DNA of 55,755 bases from a bacterium (GCA_030430425.1 JAUIFS010000002.1:1-55755); one strand, 5' to 3'; positions 24,980 to 33,593 are shown, numbered from the stretch's first letter. Made by a program: numbers and translations. The notes: a model not told the origin generated them from the sequence alone.

Positions 24980-25297
24980 ATGGATATGACTGAGGTATTA
25001 CATGCAAATATTTTTTTCTTTATCACAAGCATTGCGGTGGTGTTGTGTACGCTACTTGTTTGCTTTGCGGTGTATCAAGTAATTAAGATTTTGAAAGCAG
25101 TCCGTCGTATCGTTGAACGCATTGACGAAGGCAGTGAGATGCTTGCGGAAGATGTTGATACGTTCCGTTCATACGTAATGGAAGGAAGCCTCGTGTCACA
25201 ACTAGTCGGCTTCTTTATGGGGAACCGGAACGCAACACGATCGCGGAAATCGCGACGGGGCACAGGAAGAAAAATTGCAGTAAACGACGAAGAGTAA
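24980..25297 (+). CDS. small membrane-anchored coiled-coil protein (DUF948-like)
   Basis: One N-terminal TM then a helical region (KILKAVRRIVERIDEGSEMLAEDVDTF). Assignment by layout only. Confidence 0.5.
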   Translation: MDMTEVLHANIFFFITSIAVVLCTLLVCFAVYQVIKILKAVRRIVERIDEGSEMLAEDVDTFRSYVMEGSLVSQLVGFFMGNRNATRSRKSRRGTGRKIAVNDEE

Positions 25298-25321
25298 GTA
25301 GATAAAATAATTTTTAATACT

Positions 25322-25852
25322 ATGGCAAAAAAACAAACAAAGAAAGCACAAATTTCAGATGCACAGAAGCTTGGTATCGGAGTAGGTCTTACCACCGCAG
25401 CAGTTGCTGCAGCAGGAGCATACTTCCTGTACGGTGCTAAGGATGCACCAGAAAATCGAAAGAAAGTGAAAAGTGGTATTTTACGTGCAAAAGCGGAAGT
25501 ACTGGAGTCACTTGAGAATGCAAAAGAAATTACCGAAGCGGAGTTTCATGACTTGGTAGATGGTGTTGTTGAGACATACAGCACGGTGCAGAACCTTTCA
25601 AAGAAAGACTTGAAGGAGTTTAAAGCAGAGATGATGGAAAATTGGGAAGACTTGGTGCAAAGTGGTGCAGCAAAGGTGATGACTGTTGAGCAGATTGCAA
25701 AGAAGGTTGCGAAGCGGGAAGAGAAGAAGCCAGCTACAAAGAAAAAAGCGACAGCAAAAAAGAAATCTGCAGCTAAGAAACCTGCTAAAAAAACAACCAC
25801 AAAGAAAAAGGTTGCAAAAAAGTCAGCAAAGAAGAAAGTGACGAAAAAATAG
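25322..25852 (+). CDS. YtxH-like protein with Lys/Ala-rich histone-H1-like tail
   Basis: N-terminal GLTTAAVAAAGAYFLYG helix, helical middle, and C-terminal KKPATKKKATAKKKSAAKKPAKKTTTKKKVAKKSAKKKVTKK. Confidence 0.6.
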   Translation: MAKKQTKKAQISDAQKLGIGVGLTTAAVAAAGAYFLYGAKDAPENRKKVKSGILRAKAEVLESLENAKEITEAEFHDLVDGVVETYSTVQNLSKKDLKEFKAEMMENWEDLVQSGAAKVMTVEQIAKKVAKREEKKPATKKKATAKKKSAAKKPAKKTTTKKKVAKKSAKKKVTKK

Positions 25853-25867
25853 TATACACAGTAGAGG

Positions 25868-25906
25868 AATAACGCGACGGGTGCCTTTGGCACCCGTCGC
25901 GTTATT
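25868..25906 (+). terminator. Hairpin terminator (17-bp stem)
   Basis: aataacgcgacgggtgc/gcacccgtcgcgttatt. Confidence 0.7.
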
Positions 25907-25914
25907 ATGTATCT

Positions 25915-26775
25915 ATGGTTCGGAAACTTACCCATCTATCAATTGTGACTGTGCTTGCGGCTACGTTTGCTGTGGGTATGTTTTTAGTTGCAACCGGAAC
26001 CGTACAACAGGCATTGGTATACCAACCCGCTTTGTCGGTGCAGAGTGGCATTATGGGTCCGCTCACGGCACCGTCAGCATATGTGTTTGATGTAGAAACG
26101 GGTGAGCAGATCTATGCAAAAGATGCTGACACGGTGCGTCCAATTGCATCGGTAACAAAGCTCTTAGCTGCAGCACTGTTTTATGAGCATGCGTCACACA
26201 CGCAAATGGTCCGTATTGCATACAGTGATGTCGTTGCCGAAGGTCGTTCGGGGCGCTTAGAGGCTGGGCAGCAGTATCTTGCACGTGAGCTGCTGCCGCC
26301 TGTTTTGCTCGAGTCTTCAAACGATGCGGCGGTTGCCATGCAACGCGTTAGCGGCAATACGTTGGTGACGCATATGAATGACTATGCTGACTCACTCGGG
26401 GTACGCCAAACACACTTTTCTGACACCTCTGGCTTGAGTTCCGGAAATGTTTCAACTGCTCGAGAGTTGGCGACACTCAGCATATTTTTAAAAAAAGACT
26501 ATCCACATATTTTTGACTACACGCGCCTCAAAACATACCTCAACCACATAAATGCATGGATGAATAACAATCCGTATATTCATGAAGAAGGGTACAAGGG
26601 CGGAAAGCATGGATACACGCCGAAGGCAGGAAGAACAGCCGTTGCTTTTTTTGAGGAGGAGCTTCCTTCAGGAGCAATACGTACTATCGGGTATGTACTG
26701 CTTGGAAGTGATGTTCTGGTGTCTGACATGCAGTCTCTGCGCGCATATGCTCAACAAAATGTAGACTTCAAATAG
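25915..26775 (+). CDS. serine-type D-Ala-D-Ala carboxypeptidase (PBP5/S11-like)
   Basis: SxxK (ASVTK), SxN (SSND), KxG (KHGYT); N-terminal TM/signal. Confidence 0.85.
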   Translation: MVRKLTHLSIVTVLAATFAVGMFLVATGTVQQALVYQPALSVQSGIMGPLTAPSAYVFDVETGEQIYAKDADTVRPIASVTKLLAAALFYEHASHTQMVRIAYSDVVAEGRSGRLEAGQQYLARELLPPVLLESSNDAAVAMQRVSGNTLVTHMNDYADSLGVRQTHFSDTSGLSSGNVSTARELATLSIFLKKDYPHIFDYTRLKTYLNHINAWMNNNPYIHEEGYKGGKHGYTPKAGRTAVAFFEEELPSGAIRTIGYVLLGSDVLVSDMQSLRAYAQQNVDFK

Positions 26776-26817
26776 TCTGGTATACTAGTGCAATATTGAT
26801 AACTTGAACGTCTTCCT

Positions 26818-27852
26818 ATGTCTCAACATGTAGCACTCTACCGAAAACACCGTCCTACCTCCTTTGCGGAGGTGCGCGACCAGGATCATATCGTATCGGT
26901 TCTTGAAGGTGCCATTGCCAAAAACACTATCCCGCACGCACTACTTTTTTCAGGTACGCGGGGAACAGGGAAAACGACACTCGCGCGCATTTTTGCACAT
27001 GAGATTGGTGTGTCAGACGTTGATCTCTATGAAATCGATGCAGCGAGCAATCGTGGTATTGATGACATCCGTGAACTTCGTGAAGCAGTACATACACTCC
27101 CGTATGAGTCAGAGAAAAAGGTGTATATCATTGACGAGGTACATATGCTTACCAAAGAGGCGTTTAATGCGCTCTTAAAGACACTTGAAGAACCTCCAGC
27201 ACACGTTATCTTTATCTTAGCAACTACAGAAGAAGAAAAACTTCTAGACACTATTCTCTCACGGTGTCAGGTATTTCGTATGCATAGCCCCTCACGCCGC
27301 GTGCTTGCGCAGACGGTGACTGACATCGCTAAGAAAGAAGGGTTTGAACTGCAGAAAGATGCTGCTGACCTTATTGCGATTGCTGCAGATGGTTCATTTC
27401 GTGATGCGCTGGGGGTCACACAGAAAGTGATCATGGCTTCAGGAGACAAGATAGGAGATGGGGACGAAGTTGCTGCAATTATTGGTGCACCAAAGAGTGC
27501 GATCATTGCAGACCTGCTTGATGGGCTGCACGATAAAGATGCACAAAAGGCATTGCGTGCGGTAGGACAGGTGGTTGCCGACCATGGAGACATGAAGCTG
27601 TTTGTACGGTTGTTGCTCGAGCGAGTGCGTGCAGTGATGCTTGTACGCAACATGCCTGCAAAACAAGAAGAACTCCTTGCTGCCTTTTCAGAAAAGGACC
27701 GGGAGCAACTTGCTGGCTTTGCAACAGGAGAAGTCTCACCACTAAACTCACACACACTTATGAAATTGCTTGCAGCAGCAGAAGGTATGGGAAAGACACA
27801 GCTTGCACACTTGCCACTTGAGGTGGCTATTGTAGATATTTGCAACGCGTAG
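26818..27852 (+). CDS. dnaX: DNA polymerase III gamma/tau subunit (short form)
   Basis: HALLFSGTRGTGKTTLARIFA, IIDEVHMLT, TLEEPP, SRCQ. Confidence 0.92.
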   Translation: MSQHVALYRKHRPTSFAEVRDQDHIVSVLEGAIAKNTIPHALLFSGTRGTGKTTLARIFAHEIGVSDVDLYEIDAASNRGIDDIRELREAVHTLPYESEKKVYIIDEVHMLTKEAFNALLKTLEEPPAHVIFILATTEEEKLLDTILSRCQVFRMHSPSRRVLAQTVTDIAKKEGFELQKDAADLIAIAADGSFRDALGVTQKVIMASGDKIGDGDEVAAIIGAPKSAIIADLLDGLHDKDAQKALRAVGQVVADHGDMKLFVRLLLERVRAVMLVRNMPAKQEELLAAFSEKDREQLAGFATGEVSPLNSHTLMKLLAAAEGMGKTQLAHLPLEVAIVDICNA

Positions 27853-27864
27853 CAGCGAAAACAT

Positions 27865-28515
27865 ATGATAGATATATATTTTGTACGTCACGGACAGACA
27901 GACGGTAACCTCGCAAAACGACATCAGGCAGAAGTGACAAAACTCACTCCTGAAGGGCGAGAGCAGATCGTGCAGACTGCAGCATGGGCAAAAACTATAA
28001 AGCCGACACATCTCATTGCAAGTCGGCATGTGCGTGCCCTGCAAACAGCAAAGATCATTGGTGAGACAGTAGACCTACTTCCACAAACTGAAGATTTATT
28101 TATTGAATTAAAGCGTCCTGATCGTGTGTATGGGCATCGGCACCGCAGCGCACGGTCAGTTACGTATCTTATGCGTTGGTACTTAGGACTTGCAGGAGGC
28201 TTGGGTGAAAATGGAGAGGGTGAGTCATATGAGGCATTTCGTGCACGTTTAGATGCTGCACAGAAATTTTTAAAACAACTCCCTGATGGTTCACGTGTGA
28301 TTGTTGTCTCTCACGCGGTATTTATTGGCTTTATGGCTGCACACTTGTGTGACAAAGCCCCAGTGGCAATACCCGATGCATTCCGTTTATTTAGAAAAAT
28401 GCTCAAGTTGTGCAATGGAAGTTATTCCCATGTGCAGTATGACCCTGCTGCCTCAGAAGGTGCGTGTGCATGGGAACTCGTGTCATACAACAATTGTGAG
28501 CATCTGGAGGGTTGA
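27865..28515 (+). CDS. histidine phosphatase family protein
   Basis: VRHGQTDGN catalytic RHG motif, SRHVRALQTA, late VVSHAVF His. Confidence 0.85.
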   Translation: MIDIYFVRHGQTDGNLAKRHQAEVTKLTPEGREQIVQTAAWAKTIKPTHLIASRHVRALQTAKIIGETVDLLPQTEDLFIELKRPDRVYGHRHRSARSVTYLMRWYLGLAGGLGENGEGESYEAFRARLDAAQKFLKQLPDGSRVIVVSHAVFIGFMAAHLCDKAPVAIPDAFRLFRKMLKLCNGSYSHVQYDPAASEGACAWELVSYNNCEHLEG

Positions 28516-28566
28516 TTCTCGTATTGATTGTGGCAATATATGTGCTACTTCATACGAAGTAATCCT

Positions 28567-28637
28567 TGCCGGATCGTCTAATGGTAGGACTGCGGTTTCT
28601 GGTACCGTCTATCTAGGTTCGAGTCCTAGTCCGGCAG
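28567..28637 (+). tRNA. tRNA-Gln (anticodon CTG), no encoded CCA
   Basis: Acceptor TGCCGGA/TCCGGCA, D arm GTCT-AATGGTA-GGAC, anticodon arm GCGGT-TTCTGGT-ACCGT, T arm CTAGG-TTCGAGT-CCTAG, discriminator G. Confidence 0.92.
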
Positions 28638-28647
28638 CACTTAGCAT

Positions 28648-28671
28648 AAAACACCCTTTATGGGTGTTTTT
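28648..28671 (+). terminator. Hairpin terminator after tRNA-Gln
   Basis: aaaacaccc/gggtgtttt stem followed by a T-run, nested in a longer imperfect stem (28637-28681). Confidence 0.65.
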
Positions 28672-28681
28672 GCTTTAGTGC

Positions 28682-28804
28682 TGTCGGACAGAAACAGTCT
28701 GGGAGACTGTTTCGTTAGGACTCGAAGACCTTGCCTGATATTTCGCAAGAAATATCGACAAGGTGTACTGCCGCTGTAAGCGGAGAGATTCCTAGTCCGG
28801 CAGC
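28682..28804 (+). pseudogene. tRNA-Gln-derived pseudo-tRNA (acceptor and D-arm remnants, core replaced by hairpins)
   Basis: TGTCGGA (28682-28688) can pair with TCCGGCA (28796-28802). GTCT...TAGGACT D-arm remnants are present. The last 15 nt (28790-28804) are identical to tRNA-Gln 28624-28638. The interior holds three hairpins, including one with a GCAA loop. Confidence 0.6.
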
Positions 28805-28873
28805 TTTGAACACAAAACAAGAAAATAGGGGTTTCTAAAGGACTGCTTTGAAAGCTCTCCCAGAGCTTTCAAA

Positions 28874-28997
28874 CTAGTACCGTCTATCTAGGCTGAAACA
28901 ATCCATAGATTGTTTCAGAAGGTTGCCTGCGATTTTGACGGAGGGAAAATCGTGACAGCCTGTACTGAACATGTAATGTTCGAGTCCTAGTCCGCAG
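28874..28997 (+). pseudogene. 3'-half copy of tRNA-Gln (anticodon to 3' end) split by an 85-nt hairpin-rich insertion
   Basis: 28874-28892 (ctAgtaccgtctatctagg) matches tRNA 28599-28617 with a single change (anticodon CTG to CTA). 28978-28997 matches tRNA 28617-28637 with a 1-nt deletion. The insertion 28893-28977 contains an 11-bp and a 7-bp hairpin. Confidence 0.75.
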
Positions 28998-29036
28998 TCC
29001 GAGGAGGTCATCTGATCTGGGTTATACTAATGGTTT

Positions 29037-29045
29037 TGATATAAT
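29037..29045 (+). promoter_or_regulatory. extended -10 element TGaTATAAT, 6 nt before the ATG (possible leaderless mRNA)
   Basis: TGATATAAT at 29037-29045 and ATG at 29052. No Shine-Dalgarno sequence lies between them. Confidence 0.35.
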
Positions 29046-29051
29046 GTCTAA

Positions 29052-30050
29052 ATGATTACTCTTCCTCCAGAAATTGCAGAAAAATTACCTACAGCAATGA
29101 AAATGCCTGAGGGAACACTACAGTTTTCTGTGGCGTTTGAGATTGATTTTTTTGATACACATTTGCCCGGTGGACTTGTCTTTGAACAGGTAGCCGGACT
29201 TCATTATTTTCGCTTGGAACGGACAGATGATTCCAGAATCAAATTCTATCGAGCTGCACCTTCGGTCGGTACACAAATGTCTGTGGCTGATATTTCATCT
29301 GTATCTTCTGCGATGAAGGTAATGATTTTTCTCGTATGGTCGCCTGTAGAAGCTAAGATACATATTGGTCCAGCAGGAGTTAAGGGAGCTAAGCTTGTTA
29401 CAGGGGAGAGTATAATTTCAGACAAAAATTTTATGATAGATAGAAATGGAAGTGTTTATGAGGTGGGCTCTCCTGGGGTTAGTATTAAGGGTATAAGAGT
29501 TATAGAGGGAGAGAAAGTGACCTTGACACCTTCTGCTTATGATTACTGGCAAGAAACAAAAGGTGCAATATCATCACTGCTTTTGAATCACGGTGATGAA
29601 GATTATGCATCAAAGACAATAAAATCTAATGCAGCATTTATATTTCTCGTTACCGGTTTTGAATCTTACTGCAAAACAAGAGTGTACGAGTTGGAGCGGG
29701 AAGGTGTTGTGCTATTGTGGAGTGAACTTGAAAACAAAGCAGGTATCACAAGAGATCAATTACTTGGAGATACTACTAGCTATTTCCAATCAACAGAGAA
29801 TTCAAAAAAAATTTGGAAAACTTTAACTGGTATTTCAATTGCTGAGCTTGATCCTGCAGGATGGGAGGTTATGTTGCCAGCTTTTAAGTTTCGTCATAAG
29901 ATTGCGCATGTATCACCTATTTTGAGCATTATGAATGAAGGTGCTTCAGGTGGAAAACTCTTATTTAGTTCTAATGAGATAGTGAATGCGGTGGATGCGT
30001 GTGATTCTGTTGTCGAAAAAGTGCACACACAAACTTTGAAATTACGCTAG
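29052..30050 (+). CDS. hypothetical protein with C-terminal HEPN-like region (Rx4H)
   Basis: AT-rich ORF: two hand-counted 60-nt lines gave 28-30 % G+C, versus ~50 % in neighbouring core genes. The C-terminal ~150 aa look helical, with FKFRHKIAHVS (R-x4-H) about 50 aa from the end. The N-terminal ~170 aa are beta-rich and unknown. Confidence 0.6.
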   Translation: MITLPPEIAEKLPTAMKMPEGTLQFSVAFEIDFFDTHLPGGLVFEQVAGLHYFRLERTDDSRIKFYRAAPSVGTQMSVADISSVSSAMKVMIFLVWSPVEAKIHIGPAGVKGAKLVTGESIISDKNFMIDRNGSVYEVGSPGVSIKGIRVIEGEKVTLTPSAYDYWQETKGAISSLLLNHGDEDYASKTIKSNAAFIFLVTGFESYCKTRVYELEREGVVLLWSELENKAGITRDQLLGDTTSYFQSTENSKKIWKTLTGISIAELDPAGWEVMLPAFKFRHKIAHVSPILSIMNEGASGGKLLFSSNEIVNAVDACDSVVEKVHTQTLKLR

Positions 30051-30106
30051 ACTAAACGAAATACTTACCCCGTAATGTGTTTTTTCATGCACACTCTCAT
30101 ACGAAC

Positions 30107-30697
30107 ATGTACAATACAGCTATGCTTATTTTATATATTCCAACCATAAACTTTATCCTCGCACTTGGGGCAGTCGCACTTTTTCTTGTAACCATTGCGC
30201 TGTGCATCGATGCATTTTTCTGCAGAGGTGTCTATTTTGAAACATACATACGAAAGTATGCATTTCCTGTGATAACTGCGGTGACGGCGGGATCAGTTGT
30301 GATGACACTGGTGTATTCAGAATATTTTGGTTTTGTACCGTGCTCACTGTGTTGGTTGCAACGTATCGCACTCTACCCGCAGGTGCTTATGACGCTCATT
30401 GCATGGCGTGTAGAAGACCGTATGTATTATCCATTGTATGGCATGGGTATTGCACTATTTGGCTTTGTGGTTGCTGCATATCATTATGTATACCAGCATC
30501 TTCCAAAAGAGGTTCGTGAGTCAGTAGCCCCGTGCCTGCTTGATGGAAGTAATGCTGATTGTGCAGACAAAATCATGAGCGTGTTTGGTTTTATTACATT
30601 TCCACTTCTTTCCGCGGTAACGTTTTTATTCCTTGCGGTCGTGTATTTCTCTCTGTTCCGTGCTGAGAAAAATAAAGCGTATTCTACACAGCAGTAG
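30107..30697 (+). CDS. disulfide bond formation protein (DsbB/BdbC-like)
   Basis: Four TM segments, VPCSLCWLQRIALYP (CxxC-W-x-QR) and a second Cys pair CLLDGSNADC. Start at Met 30107 or 30122. Confidence 0.8.
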   Translation: MYNTAMLILYIPTINFILALGAVALFLVTIALCIDAFFCRGVYFETYIRKYAFPVITAVTAGSVVMTLVYSEYFGFVPCSLCWLQRIALYPQVLMTLIAWRVEDRMYYPLYGMGIALFGFVVAAYHYVYQHLPKEVRESVAPCLLDGSNADCADKIMSVFGFITFPLLSAVTFLFLAVVYFSLFRAEKNKAYSTQQ

Positions 30698-30733
30698 GCA
30701 TGTTCACTACAAGATACAGGTATACTTATAGTA

Positions 30734-31123
30734 ATGAGTTTACCGCAGTTCTTCGTATCGTACTTTGTGTGGCACTACACAAAAGCATACGTACAACTTT
30801 TTAGCGTGTGGAGAAATTACTTCCATTTTATACTACAGTTTTTTTCTGTGGGTCTACTCTTGAGAACCTTGTTTGCACCATGGAAACGTATTGTTGATGT
30901 GTATCAGGGCGGATTTCATATAGAAGAATATTTTGCGACAATACTGGTGAATCTCTTTTCGCGCGTTGTTGGGTTTAGTATACGTGTGCCACTTATCTTG
31001 ATCGGTCTTGTGTTGAGTGGGTGTATGCTTATGGGGCTTGGCGTGTTGTACATATACTGGACATTGTTTCCGCTGATTATTTGTGGACTTATTGTTACCG
31101 GCTTTAGTTTTTTGTATGTATAA
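30734..31123 (+). CDS. multi-pass membrane protein, translationally coupled to the downstream AAA+ gene
   Basis: 129 aa with 3-4 hydrophobic helices. Its TAA (31121-31123) overlaps the ATG at 31116 of the next gene (ATGTATAA). Confidence 0.6.
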   Translation: MSLPQFFVSYFVWHYTKAYVQLFSVWRNYFHFILQFFSVGLLLRTLFAPWKRIVDVYQGGFHIEEYFATILVNLFSRVVGFSIRVPLILIGLVLSGCMLMGLGVLYIYWTLFPLIICGLIVTGFSFLYV

Positions 31124-33554
31124 ACGAACGGTACACTCTGAGCTGCGACGGTATCGCCCAGCATTGTTCGTGCGGTTACTTGCTCATGGTTTTTTATATA
31201 ACACGATTCGTGGCGTGTGTATTCTTATACTCCTTCTTTGTATTGGACTCTTTTTGTACCAGTGGGTAGGTTTGATCGCTGTAGATGTTGGTTTGGACAT
31301 TCCGGTACTGTTAGCTTCACACAACATAATTATCGCAGTGAGTATGCTCACGCTTGCAGTGTTGTTGGTGATACGTTCAATTAGTTTTTATTTCAATACT
31401 TTTTATTTTTGGGGAGTACACGAAGGACAGACGGGGTTTACCTATACCGTTGCATACGTTGCCACTCGTTTTGGTACTGACCTCACGAAAGGATTTTTTC
31501 GCTCACCGCTTGGGGTGCTTTTGTCTGTACGGCTTGGGTTGTCCAAAGATGTGTTGGAGAACTTTTTTACGTCGGAGCGTCAGAAGCTTGCTGTTGCATC
31601 GATTGTACTTTCAGATAGTTTGTACACAACGCAAGACCTTATGCTACATGTATATCAATCGGATGAAGCGTTCCGAACTTTTCTCACAAAACAAGGTGTG
31701 TCAGATGAGGTTTTTGATGCTGCAGCACAATGGGCATATGCGCAGTTTATTGCAGCGCGGCACGCAGAACGGTGGTGGGGTTCTCAGACTTTAAGTACTA
31801 CGCGCGGACTAGGGAGTGAATTTGCGTTTGGTGTGCCGTATACACTACAGCGGTATACCAAACCGCTTGGCGTACGTGCAATTTTTTCACATATTGGTAC
31901 TGATGCTACGTATGGAATTGAGCATATCGAGGTAATTGAAGATGTACTCGCACGCACTTCAGAAGCAAATGTGCTTCTGGTGGGTGAGCCTGGGGTAGGA
32001 AAGATGGACATACTTATAGAACTCGCACGGCGTATGGAGCAGGGGTTGTCGGTAGGTTCTCTTTTGGGGAAACACGTTGTGTTGCTTGATACAGAACTCC
32101 TCCTCTCTCATCAGGAAAGTAAAATGGCACTTGAGCAGATACTCATGAAACTCATGGCTGAAGCAGCACATGCAGGAAATATTATTTTAGTTATTGACAA
32201 CATTCAGTCATTTGTTGAAAGTGCGCGGGCTTTGCAGGTTGATGTGCCGTCTCTACTTGACCCGTATCTGACCGCTGCTGAACTACATGTAGTTGCGACA
32301 ACATCAGCTGCTGCGTACCACAATGCCATTGAAGGCAGTACCGGTTTCTTGCGGCGATTTCAGTTGGTGCAGGTAGCGGAGCCGAACGAACAGTCAACGA
32401 TACACTTGCTTCAGAAGCTTGTGCTCCCGTACGAAGTACACAAAAAAGTTTGGTTTACGTATAGAGCGATTGAAGAAATTGCAGTTGCTGCCGATCGGTA
32501 TGTGGTTAATGGAGTTATGCCTGACAAGGCAGTGCAGCTTCTTGATGAAGTGGTAGTGTATGCGCAAAGCAATGGAATCAAACTTGTTACTGCTGAAGAC
32601 GTTGATGTCGTAACTTCACGAAAAACTGGTGTGCCCGTTGGTCCGGTGACAGTTCAAGAGCGAGAGACATTGCTCAATCTTGAAGAAGTGATGCACGAGC
32701 GTATCGTGGGGCAAGAACGAGCAATTGATGCTGTTGCAGGAGTGATTCGCCGTTCTCGTGCGGGTATTCAAGACGAACAAAAACCGATTGGAACATTTTT
32801 ATTCCTAGGTCCAACAGGGGTTGGGAAGACTGAGTGTGCAAAAGCCCTTGCAGCAGTTTTCTTTAAAGGAGAAGACAATATGCACCGTATTGATATGTCT
32901 GAGTTCAGTGGTTCTGACGGAGTTAGTCGGCTGATCGGATCTGCAGGTTCTTCGGGAATTCTCTCGAACATGCTCAGCGAATACCCCTATAGTGTCATCT
33001 TGCTTGATGAGTTTGAGAAGGCTTCAACAGCGGTGCATGACCTGTTCCTGCAAATTCTTGACGAGGGGGTGTTTACTGATGGAAACAATCGTAAGGTGAA
33101 TGCGCGCAATAGTATTATTATCGCTACTTCAAACGCGGGAAGTGCTCAGATTCTTTCGTGGGTAGAGGAAGGGAATGACCTTTCTACTGTGAAAGACTCA
33201 CTGATCTCACATCTGATTGACGTTGGAGCCTACAGACCTGAGTTACTTAATCGATTTGACGATGTTGTGGTTTTTGAGCCGCTTACCGCAGCACAGCAGG
33301 GGGAAGTGGCACGCGCGATGCTTGCTGATCTTGCGCAGCGTATGAAAGAGAAAGGGTATGTATTGGAAGTTACTGATGCGATGATCAGCACACTTGTGCG
33401 TATCGGGTATCAGCCCGAGTTTGGCGCACGTCCTATGCGTCGTGCCATACAAGAAGTGATTGAAGAAGCTATTGCACAAAAAATTATTTCCGGTGCGCTT
33501 GCTAAAGGAGGAACGATTTCCTTTACACAAGAAGAGTTAGATACTTTTATATAG
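31116..33554 (+). CDS. membrane-anchored two-ring Clp/Hsp100-like AAA+ ATPase with degenerate D1
   Basis: N-terminal TM helices, Clp_N-like repeats, D1 GEPGVGKMDI / IILVIDNIQ / LRRFQLVQVAEP, D2 GPTGVGKTE / VILLDEFEKA / GARPMRR. No long M-domain. Confidence 0.88.
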   Translation: MYKRTVHSELRRYRPALFVRLLAHGFLYNTIRGVCILILLLCIGLFLYQWVGLIAVDVGLDIPVLLASHNIIIAVSMLTLAVLLVIRSISFYFNTFYFWGVHEGQTGFTYTVAYVATRFGTDLTKGFFRSPLGVLLSVRLGLSKDVLENFFTSERQKLAVASIVLSDSLYTTQDLMLHVYQSDEAFRTFLTKQGVSDEVFDAAAQWAYAQFIAARHAERWWGSQTLSTTRGLGSEFAFGVPYTLQRYTKPLGVRAIFSHIGTDATYGIEHIEVIEDVLARTSEANVLLVGEPGVGKMDILIELARRMEQGLSVGSLLGKHVVLLDTELLLSHQESKMALEQILMKLMAEAAHAGNIILVIDNIQSFVESARALQVDVPSLLDPYLTAAELHVVATTSAAAYHNAIEGSTGFLRRFQLVQVAEPNEQSTIHLLQKLVLPYEVHKKVWFTYRAIEEIAVAADRYVVNGVMPDKAVQLLDEVVVYAQSNGIKLVTAEDVDVVTSRKTGVPVGPVTVQERETLLNLEEVMHERIVGQERAIDAVAGVIRRSRAGIQDEQKPIGTFLFLGPTGVGKTECAKALAAVFFKGEDNMHRIDMSEFSGSDGVSRLIGSAGSSGILSNMLSEYPYSVILLDEFEKASTAVHDLFLQILDEGVFTDGNNRKVNARNSIIIATSNAGSAQILSWVEEGNDLSTVKDSLISHLIDVGAYRPELLNRFDDVVVFEPLTAAQQGEVARAMLADLAQRMKEKGYVLEVTDAMISTLVRIGYQPEFGARPMRRAIQEVIEEAIAQKIISGALAKGGTISFTQEELDTFI

Positions 33555-33593
33555 TAGTGCAGTTTTGTGGTATCTGTGTATACTGCAACACGT

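Noticed and set aside
27267-27845. 192-aa antisense ORF opposite dnaX
   Set aside because: It is fully embedded in a motif-supported gene and its product is Ser/Ala-rich.
28301-28678. 125-aa ORF running from the phosphatase gene through tRNA-Gln
   Set aside because: It is out of frame with the phosphatase gene and reads through a tRNA gene and its terminator.
28874-28997. Amber-suppressor tRNA (anticodon CTA)
   Set aside because: The CTG to CTA change sits in a truncated, insertion-disrupted fragment that cannot fold into a tRNA.
28638-29010. Intron-containing, split or permuted tRNA-Gln, or a group I intron
   Set aside because: The 3'-half copy has no matching 5' half (no acceptor 5' strand or D arm upstream). 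I could not recognise group I core elements. The intact tRNA-Gln upstream makes scars more parsimonious. It is kept as a finding, but not as an intron call.
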